From assembly GCA_051362555.1 (NCBI GenBank), contig CM120641.1, positions 2,480,001-2,544,000 of the forward strand: 64,000 bases of DNA. Reading direction: 5' to 3'. Positions 1-13,800 of this stretch are shown in pieces. Under the pieces are notes generated by a model that saw only the letters and a list, made by a program, of their open reading frames with translations, searched no databases and was not told the DNA's origin. Within the stretch, counting starts at the first letter, position 1. Each line of letters starts with the position of its first letter. The translations under genes and the position numbers were made by a program. The DNA comes from Lingula anatina (Eukaryota; Animalia; Brachiopoda).

Positions 1-990
1 TATGGAGTAAACTAGGTCACGCTTGCTCAGTGGAGGACAGGTGAGAGACAGGTAGATACATTTGGCATATACTGTTAGACATGTTTATCAAGGTAAAGGA
101 CGATTTGGTCCAATTCCTTCATGATAAATTATAATGAAATTTCATGTTTGCCTCTCTAAGTAAAACCTGTATCAGTTTTATAACCGTGATTTATTTACAC
201 TGCATATAAACATAGGACTGTGTAGCATTGTATGGGATACCCAGCCCAGAGTGTAACAGTATAGTATCCTAGTTTACAGTTCAATACATCAATGGTAATC
301 TAACCCAGGTCTTTAGTAATACAAACCAGCTTTAAGTCTAGAGATTGAACTAGTGCCTGCTCTTCCATAGTGTGTGTAGGCTGGCCTAGAAATGATCCCA
401 GTGAATACATGGGTTTATAGGCTCCAGTTTGCCTGCCACAGGAAAGAAGCTGGAAGTGGCAGCTAGTGGCCTGGGTGGAGTAATGAAGTAGCTAAAGGAT
501 ACTGATGTGGCTCACTCCTAGGTCAGGAACATAGTTATTATACAGTGGTTGCTGACTGGAGCCCTGGTGGCTCTACTTGTGAGTAATGTGTGGTTTGCTT
601 AAGAATTTCAGCTGATGCTATGTGTCATGTTATTACACAGCAGTTAATGTTGTGGGCATATTGTCGCTGTTGGTGAATTATAACACTGGAGAGTGGAGGG
701 AAGGGTTTCAAAGACACTTAGGAAGATATATATGTGTTACAGTGGACCAGGGCTATGACTGAGAGTAATTTACGGTTGCTGTGAAAATGTCTCTAGACCA
801 GTTAGCTTTTGGCTCATTCTAGGTACATTTCCCTTACTTGCTAGCAGAAGCTGCATTCAGACAAATTTTAAGATATAACAGGTTGAGGTTCATGTGGTGT
901 CACCAGAAGGAAAACTGATATCACCATTGTAAGTGTTTGAAGAGCAAGGTAAAAGGGCCTTGCATGGAAAGAGGCATCAAGGAAAAAAAA

Positions 991-1006
991 TATATATATA
1001 TACACA

Positions 1007-1050
<44 letters not shown>
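991..1050. repeat. (TA)n(CA)n microsatellite
   Basis: Visible dinucleotide run. Confidence 0.95.
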
Positions 1051-1053
<3 letters not shown>

Positions 1054-1119
1054 TGGACTAGAAGGAAAACATGTTGTTTATTACATGATAACATACTTTT
1101 TTTTTTTCGCAACCTCCAG

Positions 1120-1834
1120 GTGTTTTAGGATCCAGAGAGTCATCCATGTCTGAAGAATCAGCCAAAGAAGACCCCAGACAAATTCTGAAACAGCTTGAAA
1201 AAGAAATAACAGCTGGGAGAGATGTTAAAGGGAAGAGCATCCTTAAGGAGTCTTCCAAGGGTGAAACAACCACCCCGGAGACTGGGAAAGGCATCCTTAA
1301 AAGTGCTGCACCAACAGCGACCAGTGCCTCTGAGGACAGAATGATGGCGCCACCGTCAGCATCAGAAATCACCAGAGGGATTCTAAAAAGTGGTACAGAG
1401 AAAAAATCTGCAGACACAGCCTCCAAAAGTGAAGTGGCTGAACCGAAAAGCATTCTGAAAAAGGACAGCTTGAAAGAGACTTCACCTCCTTCTGCAGCAA
1501 CAGAACCTGAGAAGGGAGTTCTGAAGAAAGAAAGCTCCTTTGACAAGTCCAAAGGTCACATCAAGAGCATACTGAAACCAGACTCCAACTTTGACAAATC
1601 CAAAGAATCGCTGTCGCATCCAGGTGTCGTTCACAGCAACGGTACAGAAACCAAAGAGGAAGATACGTCATTGTCAGAGTCTGACCTGGATACTCTTGTG
1701 CAGGAAAACAAAAATGATGTATCTGTTGTAAAAGCCGGAGACCTGGATGACATCATTCAAGCCAACGAGCACGTGAAGACCCCGAGTAAAGACACTCCAC
1801 CCAGTAAGAGAAAGGAAAGGAAGGCTAACGAGAG
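1120..1834 (+). CDS. SVIL: Supervillin exon (N-terminal disordered region with SILK/GILK repeats)
   Basis: ccag acceptor at 1116-1119, open frame, AG|gtaggt donor, in phase with exon 5982. Confidence 0.75.
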
Positions 1835-4800
1835 GTAGGTGCATGGGTAACCATGCTGATCAGTATGCATGTTTATATATATATTTTACATTGTTAAGGA
1901 TCCGATTAACAGGGTGGCTATCTTCTAAACCGGACAAGATTTACCAACATTTGCATATCAATAGAAAGCTTATTTCAACTGCTTTTCATTCCATATCCTT
2001 ATTTTATTATGTAATCATTACATAAGGAAATATAACACTTCATAGGTGTTCTCAGCATGATCTTTTTACCTTAGTAACTAGAAGTCCACTATGCTCAAGT
2101 TAGTTATGATTAGATACATTGTAATTAAGCTGATATTAATAACTTCAAGAAGGGATGGGAGTGTTAGCTTTTAGGATATGACTCTTTGTTACTAAAATAT
2201 CCATTTGTGTGGCCTTAATCTATTAAGTAAAAATATTTAAACAAAATGCTAGACATATTTTTCATGCATTCTTCTGGTAAGTATATTGAAAATATGATAA
2301 TAATCAAAACAAAACAAGATCAACACCAATAGTAAAAAGACCCCTTCCTTTTCAAAGGTTTAGGTGTATGATAATAATCTATTCAAAACAGAAACTTTGG
2401 CCAGGTCTCAGTGTGTTGTGAGTAAACATGAGGTGCTAGTGTTAGTGTGTTTGTAAAGTTGAGTGAGTACACACTGTTCTCACCTTTGGTGAAATGTAAT
2501 AAGAGAGGCGTTAGTGGTTACTTTTGACAGGACCCACTTCACCAGTGACAAAAATGGATTATAATCTTGAGCTGAATCTTAACCACTCCATTTTGATATT
2601 TTTGTCTGTAATGATTAGATATATAATTTGGCTGTTGATGACTAATGAAATGGATAAGGAAACATGCATTATGAATCCTTGTGACCTAAGTATGTACTTG
2701 TCTAGTCTTTATCTATTTCAATGATAAATTGACTAGATTTTATGTATTTGCTTTGCTTAAAAATATATTTCGCTAGATTAATTCAGGAAGTTTTGCTATC
2801 ACATCAATGTGACATGGGCAAACACCATTGTTGAAAACAGTTCAACCTGCCATTTACACAGAAAATTTGGTTTATTATAAGAGAAGTTTTCCCCCAGCAA
2901 AAAGATAAAACTCCCCATGGATGGACATAAAACACAGGCCAGTAAGAACTGGACAATCAAATATCAGGCCCATAGCCAGCAATTTTAAAAGGGTTGGGGG
3001 GTCTTTTTCTGAAAAAGTTAACATTTTACCATGAAAACTTCATGTACCTAGAGAAAATTTTACCCATAGGGGACCTTTTATCGTCAAAAAGGGGGGGTTA
3101 TTGCTAACCCCCCCCCCTCCCCCCCCGATCCCCATGGCTCCAGGCCTGAAATATATACAGGGAAGATAGGCTCAAACCAAGGGTGAGATAGGAAAGAGGC
3201 TGGTTACCTTTTACATATTTGTCATGATATGATATCGCACAACATTTCATATAACACCTAATACAGAGGATTGATCTGAAAGTTCTGCTCACAGGTAGGC
3301 ATGTTGGGGGGAAAGGGCAGGTGTGAATATTTTAGGGATTTATAAAACTTAGTAAGTTAGTAGGGTTTTCATCAATCACTTTTAAAAAATGCTGTTTCTA
3401 AGAAATATGCCATAGATGGAAAGCCTGCATCACAACACTTTGAAGTAAGTAGATCATGAATTTTTAATAATTTGTCCTATATTTTAAATTCAACTGTTTT
3501 GCTTTCTTTACAGTACTACAAAGATCATGTTAGATAAGACCATTGAAGTTTACAATGTTGATGTCAGTATTTTATGTATATTGATTTATAAGGACACACC
3601 CATGCTTATGACATCATGAAGGACAATAAACAAAATAAAACAAAATCAACATCAATTGGTATAAATGCATCTTCCCTTTCATAAAGTTAGTTGTGTGATA
3701 GTAATCTGGATTTACTTTGACAATAATAAAAATCATTATTGCCATAGAATATTCTTTATGTTAAAGGAAACAAGTATGTACGAGCACACAAAATACAAGA
3801 GTTAATGTGTGCATTGATTCAGGAGAACAAAACAAAATTGTATTTATCTTCACATTAATGAAAGCTTAGGGTTCCATTGAACATTGAGTATATGAATTGA
3901 AACACTTTTGTTGAGACATAAAATGTGATAATTTTATTCAATGCACACCAGGAATAGAAATGTGAAAACTCGAATACAATGCTGGAAAGACAAGCCAATC
4001 AGTTTACGTGACAACTATTCTATACGAAAACTAGAAATGTGCCTTTAGTCACCTATATTAGTGCTATCATATTACACCTACGTATAAAGGCTGACTGACA
4101 AAACGCAGTTCCTAGCTATATATAGTAAACACAAATTTTACAAAGTCGGATGTCTTTATCTATAAATCTGTAAAATGTAAACTTGCCTTAGAGGTGACCC
4201 AGTTAATCGGGTGTCTGACAGTTATAATAGTCACTGCAATGATATTAACATAGATAAAGGAGAGAGATGAAGAGACATCAGGTAAGTTTTCTGTTTTAAC
4301 TACATCAAAAATCAGGTGTGGGAAGGCTTAATCTTCAGGTTTCTTTGTATATAGACTGGAAATTTTACTAACTTGTTTCATCAGACATCTTGATTGATTA
4401 AACTGCGATTTAGATGTTTGAATCACAGCAGGGTGGTTTTGTAATACCATTCTCTGTACAGTAGAGGTTCTAGTACCTAGCCTTTATAAGTCAAAAATCC
4501 TTAGCTGATCAGTCCTTTGTTTGATGACACTGAAAGTCTTCCAGGTTTCTTGAAAACCGGACACATTTGACTGTTGTATTTTGCTCCCCCCCCCCCCAGC
4601 CCCGACCCTTCAGTATAGAACTGTGCATTTCCTGATTTTTTTCACTTTCATGATTGTATTACACACTAATGCCATATTATCAATTTCCTTTTTAACATTG
4701 TTTTAAAGCATTTCAAAGACTTACTGATTACATTTGGTGCCTGTGTATCACTGGCTTTATGGATCATTTAGCACTTTGTGAGTACACTTTGTGAGGGGGG

Positions 4801-7800
4801 GGGGAGGCAGTTAGTGGGAATTGAAAAATGAAAGAAAATATCAGATAACTTGCCATTAAGATGTCATTGACTTAGATAATTATTGAACTAATGGACATAG
4901 AAATTAATTGTTCATTGTTTAAACCAAAAAACTCTGCTATCTCCATCAACTTGATATCACAATGGCTTTCTCATCACAAAATGAGATCATTCTGTCAGGA
5001 GCCTAAGTGGTTCTATTGACTTTTTGTTCTAATGATTCACTGTGGCTTAGAGAAATACAGCAGCTGCTGCAGACTACCAAGGTAAAAAGTATATGGTCTA
5101 TATAATCAAGATTGTCAAATGATTTCTGTACATCTTCATTTGAGAGAGAAAGAGAGAGAGAGGTCTGATTTCTAACTTAACCCCAGTCAATGTTGTAAAG
5201 CATGTAAGTTTGTAGGGGAGACATTTTATTTTGTATGTGGTCTCTTTCTTTATGTGTAAAGACTATTACAGATCAAGACTTGCATAGTATGATAAGAGAA
5301 ACACCAGCCTTCAGTGATAATTCATTCACATGAGTGGTTGGACCTGGTTACTGTCTCAGGAGCTGGTCTCTATACATGTAGGTGTTGAATTCCAAATAGA
5401 GATTATCAATAAATATCTACATGTGGAGACACACGCACACTCTGAATGCTGTATGCTATAGGCTCACATGAACAGTTTTATAACTGTTTGATAACATTGA
5501 GGCCATTTCCGAGAATACATGGAAGGCGTTACTTGTTAAACCACACTGAGCTGCAAAATTTCTCAAATATAGGAATATATAGTTCTTTCAGTGCAATATT
5601 GTATGCGTGTCAGTAGTCTCATTACATTGTATCTGGAGGTATGTATAAGGAAGCCATCAACCCTGTTCTGTGAGTCATACACAGATAGACTGTTAGTTAT
5701 ATACCTTCTGGCCATAGCAAGGTTAACAACAGAGCAGTTCTATAAAATGCATTGATCTTTTATTTATCAGGTTGTAAATAATACAGTGATGCCTGAAAAC
5801 AGGAAGTTTCGGAATAGAAAATGTGCAGTATGTTAACTCTGCCAGGATAATTAGATTTGTATTATGTATATATTTTATATATTTGTTCAGTGTATTTTTC
5901 TTGGTAAATGTTGAATTTTGTAGATATTCGGTTGAATTAAGCTAGATAATTATGTTTTTAGCGTCTTCTTTATATTCACAGGTATAATACTTTGGGGGCA
6001 TCATCACCTACGCCAGAGAAATCTCCCAAGAATCAGAGAAAGATAAAAAGCTACACACAGGAGCGGCACAAAACCCAACCCATCACGGACGCTGAAAAGG
6101 AAGAAGCTGAGAAAGAGGAGGAGGGTCTAAAAGTCGGCTCCTCTATTAAAGAAAGGTCAGAGAAGTAGCTAATTTTTTTAATGTACAGACAGTTTTGTAT
6201 GTATGCTCAAGTAACCATTCATACAAGTCTCTATTTTGACCCATTCTAAATTAAAGTATAATACTTGAATTGTTCTAAAGCATCCACATAGTAGTCGTGG
6301 CATCAATTTTTATGGGCAAGCTCTGTGGGTACATTCCCAGTGAAACTATTGTTCTATATAGATTGATCTAGCTTATGGAAATTAATAGTCACCTTCTATA
6401 TGCTCGAGGAGGCATGTCGTTCAATTAATCTGATTGCATTCAGCGAGATTCCCTGGGGAGTTGGATCAAGCTACATAGAAGAATAGTTTCATTGGGAAGA
6501 TGCCCTATGTCTCTAGACATATAGCCATTACTTGTCCACTGGGAACTACATTGTAATCCTTCAGTTTCCTGTATCCTAAAGCAATGTAATTGAGTTAAGT
6601 TGTGTTGCATGTTGGGAGGGAAAAATGATGTAGTGCAGTGCTTAGTCGTCACAACTGTGCTTGAAATGTGCCTGTTGCCTTAAGAGAAAATAGCAGAAAT
6701 AAAGAAACAAGGTTAGGATCAACTTGACGAAGCACTGCAGTTCACCAGTTAAAGAATCAATGGTTAAATCTGTGAAATTCTTTGCTTAATTGCATTTGGA
6801 AATCTGTCTTGACTCACTTGGGCATGTTTGCCTCCAAGATAGCTGGCAAGTGTTGTTAGTTAACATGTGGGGTTTAGGTGTGTTTAGACTAGGACTTCTT
6901 TAGACAGAAAATTGGTCTAGCTTATACCAAGATTACTAGTTTGCCCTGCATTGACACTGCACTCTTGCCAAATGCCAATCAAATTTGAACTGGGCTTGGG
7001 AAATTTAGTGAAATTATTCAGTCACTGGTCACTATTTCTACTTAAGACTAATGAATTCTTAGATCTGCTGTCCCAAATGACCAGTTGCCTAAAACTTCGG
7101 AGAGTTGCATTGTTATTTTTCTCCTTTCTCTTAAACTCAGTGAAAGGAATTTAGTTTTTTGTGTTTCAAGTTTGAAATTGCTTTTGAATTATCTACTTTT
7201 TGAATGTTTTTTTTAAATCTGTTATTGAATGCATATGTTTGCATATGGTAAGGCACAAACATGGAATGCAGATAGTATCTACATTTCTTGCATAATTTAT
7301 GTTAATGAGGGCAAATTTTCAAGGCAGTTGCTTTAATATTGTATTTGTTGCATGTATGTCGAGTTATATTTCAGCTGTTGTCTCTTTACTCTAGCATTTA
7401 CAAAGATAGAAGCTTGCATATAGGAATACCACACTTAACAGTTGCACCATTCTGTGGTATCAGTGACATGGCATTTACTTCTTGTTGTCAATTTAATTTA
7501 AGCAAAGTTATTAAAATATTTTGTGCTAAAAGTATAGAATAGAGAAAGTTTTTTTAGATATATCTAAAAGTCCATCTGGGTATTGCTTTATGTCCTCTCC
7601 CTCCCATCATGTAGAGCGTGGTGCTTGCATATTAGTCTATTTTAATATCCATCCACTTCTGTCTGCCTGTTTTGTTGCTTTCAGATCTTGAAGACATGGA
7701 ATAAGAAAGATTTTTCTTGTAAAATTGGACCTGGCAGTCCAAGAATAAATTCAGTTTTCAGAATTATGATCCATTTCTTGTTTCATGGTACAAAGGTCTC

Positions 7801-10800
7801 AATCATGTCAATATTTCCCTTCTTTGTTTGTATTTGTAAAGATCTCGTTTTCTCAATTTCAGACTTGCCTTCCTGAAGAAGAGTGGCGATGAGGCATGGA
7901 AGAAGAGGATAGGGAAAGATGTCAGCGGGGAAGACTCCCCAGTCAAGCTGCGCGACAGACCAGCCCGCCAGGGTCTTGATGTCAAAGAAAACACAGGCAG
8001 CATTGCAGACCGCCTCAATCAGATTGCTAAGTCATCTCAGGGATGGAAAGACCGAGTAGAGGAAAAAGATGTTGACCAATTCACAGTGGAAGGAAAAATC
8101 AACAAACAAGGTAGTGTGTGTGTCTATGTACATGTAAATTTTTTTTTAATCATAGAAGAAATTGAATTTAATTTCTTTGATTAAAATGGTGTATACACAG
8201 TGCAGTTTTATATATGTATCAATGGAGATACATAGCATTGATGTGAGATGTAGTACAAATTGTATTTTGGTTCTCAAGTAACACTTTTAATTCACCACAT
8301 TAAAATACATTAGGTGGTTTTGAACAAAAAATACATGACACACAGACAAATACATACTGTAGATATATTGTTTGTCCTTACATACCAAAATTCTGAACAA
8401 GTTTTCATTCAGAAAACAAATAAAGGATTCAAAATTTTTGATCACTGTAATTAGCTGGTTTTCATGTTTATAAATAATCATGATGCTGTGCTTCCTAGTT
8501 TCATCACAACATCATATTTCATGTTCAAGACATTTAATAGAAATTATATTAGTGTTTTTGTTATATGACATGTGAACACTTGGAAATATAATTGTAAATG
8601 GCAAGACACATGAATATTGCCACATTGTTTCTTGTATTATTATCTTGTGCTATATTCTCTCTGACTGAAATATTGATTTTATTTTTACAAACATGAGAAG
8701 TGTAGATCATCTCTTTTCTTTGTATTTTACATCATTTGGTATTTCGACGAGTACTTGCCTATTTATTGAAAAATTTCTGTTGCTAGTCTTTAAGATGTAG
8801 ACATCAGTATCAGTTTGAAGATGATTTTGTTTCATTTGTCACTTCATTAAGCATGTTGTGTGCACAGAAGCCATCTTTGGACTGGTTTTAAACAGTTAAT
8901 GGTTCAAAACTTTCCCAGTGAATTCATTAGGAATATTTATCTCTGAAAACAGTTACAAAAAGATCTGCATGAGTAGCAAACTCTGAAATCACTGGAAGAT
9001 TTAATCAGAAAAAAATAGAAAGATGTTTTAAACATACATGTTTTAGTCTAAAACCAGTCTGATAGTGGCTGTAGTTTCCACAGGCACTGTGTTATGATAA
9101 ATATAGAATATATTGCACATAATTTCAACATTCACACTTCTCAGAAAGACATAGAGAAGCACACTATAGTTCAGGCACGCCTTGGGTAGTAATAAAGCAT
9201 GTGGTATATTTCAGCTACTCAGTTGAAAATTTTTTAAAGAATTTTGTTTTAATTTTTCCAGGTTTGATATTGAATACTTCAGTATTTGAATTATTTTAAA
9301 GATACACAGGCCCATATTATTTTTATTGATTTGGTTAAGTGCACAGATCAAGAGTTTGCACTGAATAGAGCTTATATAATTTACTGGGAAAGATGTGCAC
9401 TAGGCTGGGATCTGGCTAATGGAATTGAAATGTGTGAAGATGCATGCTTAGACTTATCACATTGGGTCTAAAAGCAATATCAGCCAACAAGCTTAATTTC
9501 CAGCCGTAAAGTTGTCAGAGACTTAAGGAATTTGTACTGTGCCGTGAACAGTGGAATGACTCGAATATTAGTTTGACTGTTTGATATTGGGTTTTAGACC
9601 TAATCACACAAGTTTCAAACCAGTCTGAAATCAGTTTCAGATAATTTTTTGAAAAAGTGAGGCTAGCGCATAAAAAATCATCTTAATTTTCTTTCCTTGA
9701 TTCAGGTAGACAAACTTATTGAGATTTTGTTCTGCATGATGTTTTACTATCTAAGCATGTATTTACTTCTGCCCAGGATCCAGACTTACTGTTCACGACA
9801 GTCCGCTCCTCCAGCGCAAGAAGAGATCATCTCCCAGAAGCTCCTCTTTTAAGTTACCCAGAGGTAGATCCACATACCGTCCTCGTCTCATCCAGTCTCG
9901 TCTCCACCTCCTCCTCCTCCTCCTCCTCCCTCTGTTCCCTTCCCTAATACCTGTGTTATATCTGTAGAACCTCTTCTTTGGTCTGTTCAGACAAGGACAT
10001 TTTAAGACTGAAAATTGGGCATGGGTTACAACTTGCCTATATTGATGAACCAGGGTTTCTCCAGAGACCCGAGTGGCAGTAGGAACTCTGATATCTGGTT
10101 CATATCAGATTGTGCAAGTTGGACCAAGTTGCAGTCTTGAATAATCCTTGTCTGAACAGGTGTTTTGTCTTGTGGATATTTTATGAAGATTTTTGTATGA
10201 GATTACTTAATGAAATATAGAAATCAAGGTTCATGTTAATACCTTCAAATATGATTTTTGGCATGCTCTCTAATTTATTATAGAAACTCATGTAACAGTC
10301 AATGGTAGATTATATTTAATGTTGAGGCATGCCTTTTTGTGTTGAAAGAATATATATGCTTATAAGTAAAGGAAGAAATTGTTAATGATGTTTTTAGAAT
10401 GTGTTATATGATATGTTAGCAATTTTGATTTCAGGGTAAATACCTTTTATTGACATATGGGCTTTCGTTAGCATATTAATGTGTTAAAAACAATAGTTGT
10501 AATATAAATTGGTTTTAAAAATTAATATTTTTTCTGTTGGTGAAATTTTCTCAGCAAACATAAATAAACACACATCTCTGCTGAGGTGAAATATGCAGTT
10601 TATAACAAACATTCAAGATAATTTACTTCTGCTTTGTAAAAAATATAAAATGTTTGATCAGTTATAGAAAATATCTATTGACAAGCACATTAATATGCTA
10701 GGGTTGCCCCAGTAAGCATTCATTGTGTTCATATATTATTGAAAATTATCCCTGGGCTTTTCAGAGAAGCAAGACGACTCCCTTGCCTCTTCCACACCTC

Positions 10801-13800
10801 GGGCTCCGCCTGCCCCTGGGGCGTTCAAGCTTCCTCCCCTACCCAAGCATACTCCTCGAGGTAATTTACAGGGAAACGGCAGAAAATTTATCATTATTAT
10901 TATTATTGGTGTCATTGAAGAAATAGTGAATGATGAACTGCAGCTTTTACTACCAGGCACAACATGCTTTGCATTTTGTTTTGTTGTTCAGCATTGTTGG
11001 TTTTTGTAGGTGTTAACATTTTTCACAATTTTTTTCCACAAAGTTCCAACATAAATTTCATATTGTGTTACATGAATGCTTCCTAGTTTTACCATATTGC
11101 ACTTATAACTGACAACAGGGCCTTGTGCTTCTACTGTATGTTGTATATCACCTGCATGATTCTGTATGTTTGTCTCATTTCCCATAAGCTTCTGATGACG
11201 CTGAGGATGAGGAAGGTAAGCGTGTGTGATGGTGATGGGGATTTTTTTAGGTGGTGGAGGGGTACTTAGTATGGTGATGGTGGTAACTCTGAGAGTTTTA
11301 GAAGAGCTTTTAAAGCTACTCAACAAAAGTTAATTGAGATGTGGCCAGGGTTCAGTGCAACTTCTCAAGTAGGCTGAACTACGTAAGGGTGTAACAAGCT
11401 CCACTTTTCAAGAAAAACCTTCACAAAAGCAGATGACAAATTAGCTTCTCTGAAGTTATTATATTTTGTTCCGATTATTATACTGAAATGAAGTCAATTT
11501 TACAAAATCCATTAGTTCTTTTTACTGCCCAACATAAATTTTGTTTTAAATATTGAAATTAGTCATATAATTAAAAGTTCTAGTTCTTCAATACTGTTTG
11601 ATTTTCAAATGAAGAAAAAGAACTTTGCTTGAATCGGGTTGCTTTTGTTGACTTTTCATAGCTTGTGAATTCTCCCTGAAACCTTTATTCAAATTTTCCT
11701 GCTTACAATAATGTACCTTACAAAACATGAAAGTCTTATCTGGCTTTTCAGCTAGTATTTCATAACTAAACTAACTCTAAACTTTAAACTATATTTATAG
11801 CATTGTCATTGGACATATGTTTTTGCCATCTGTTGGCAAAATTCATACTCCTGTATTTATCCATAAGCCTTTTCTGTGTTGCTTCTTACCTGTCCCCCTT
11901 TTCTCCATTTTTTTGTTGCTCTCCCATATTGCTGTGTAGTGACTGAATTAACCGTGTGAGTCCTTGTTAGGAGCAGGCATAGTTAGATTAAGCACTGTGA
12001 AAGAAGAGTCTTCTGCCACTACTTCTGCTAATACTAGAACTGCTACTACTTCTACTAATACTGGAACTGCTACTACCAGGCAGGGTAGATCCTGCAAGGT
12101 TCAGTTTGTTGGGTCTTTGCAATGGAGAGAGACAGAAACAGGTGTGAAATTTTTAGTAAAAATTACTGTCAAAATGGGTGATGGACTTTTGTCTATCTTT
12201 ACTGAATTTTTTTTTTTCATTTAGAAGTTTAAAGCAGTGGAGGGAGTATCTATCCCTCAGTTAATTTATCCTACCAAATCAGTTTAAAGTAACCAAAAGA
12301 TCTTATAGAATAACATTAATTTGAAAAATTTTTTGTCACAAGTGCTGTAAGTTTTATTTGAACAATTCTGGACCAGGATGGAATGGTAATATATACATTT
12401 GTATGCCACCAAATGTATGTCATAATATATTAGGGTATGTAGATATTAATTTTGACAAAATATGCAAGTACTCTGTTACTGTAACAATCTATACAGCATT
12501 CCCTTTACACTATGTGTATTTGTGACAATATAATTCATTATTTACAGGCAAACTCCAGAAATCATTCACCGTAGACGACCCAGAGCATGCTGCCGAGCAG
12601 CATAAGACATCAGAGATGGGGGTGGAGGCCAAACAGATCAACAAGGTGCAGGTGCCCCAAGCAGACGATGAAACTTTTGACGCATTTTTCCAAAAACCAG
12701 CTCAGACTAAAGAAGATTCTGAGAGTGTGAGGGTGTCTGTGGATGATTTTAATGAGTTATTTATGGATGCTGGAGAAATGTAAGTTGCTTTCAGGAAAAA
12801 ATGTTTTGTTTTATTTGCATGCAGTAAATATAAGTATGAACGAGTAACAGACCAACAAATTCCTGCATTTGGCAGTGCCTTGTATGCAGTATGTATACAT
12901 CTTTGTATTGTATCGTTGACTGTGGTTATTATAAATCCAGTATGGTTTATGTAATATGATTAATCTGTAGACATAAAAAGTCACTTGCAGATGTTTGATT
13001 TAAACACAATTTATGTCATTGCGATTCTGTATGTTCTCTAATCTTGTTTTGTCTTCACTTCCAAATCTGAATATATTGATCCACAGGACATGCTTGTAAT
13101 CCTGTAGGCTAACTGCTATCAATAGGAGTTCCCATAAGATCTCTTCAGATATTTTGCCTTAAGATATGTCCCAAAGAGATACATAGTTTTAAAGCATATC
13201 AACATTAGAGTGTTCACACAACCTCATTTGGAGCAAAAACATATTTTGGGATGATATCTAGTTTAGTGTTAATTTAGTTTTGTGTGAACAGTGATGGGAA
13301 TTGCCCGTGACAGGTTGCCTGGAGGCCAGTTAGTGTTATAACCTGATCTACAATATTGTCATCATTTTCTAGCTATCAGTAAAAGTTGTAAGGTCAGAGT
13401 CTCTTTTGGGTAGAGCAATTAAGGCACATATATATAAGGACTGAACACTGCACAACACTGACTTATTTCTCTTTATTTCCAGATTACAAACAGCAAAGAA
13501 GGCTCGTCCACAGAGGCGCAAGGCAGGATCGAAAAACCCGCTCAAGTCTCTGGCTGCCAGGAAAGACATCCAGTCTGAATATATCGAGATCAGGACAGAC
13601 GTCGCTGATAGAGAACTGAAGAGGGTAAAGAGACAAGCAAGTATGTTGAATTTCATTTTGAGAATCTTTGTCAATATCTTTTTCTTTGTCTGTTTTTTTT
13701 TTTTTTTTTTTAATCTGATTTACAAATTTTACCACATTTGTTAATTCTTCATAAGGATCCTAGGAAGACAATTATGAAAATGTGTAAAATTTTATAAGTT

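Noticed and set aside
921-1128. ORFs with (CV)n / (HT)n runs
   Set aside because: Translations of the CA microsatellite
4254-5081. Two small exon-like segments (4254-4281, 5051-5081) in a supervillin intron
   Set aside because: Not frame-compatible with the flanking phase-2 junction; could be UTR exons but are unsupported
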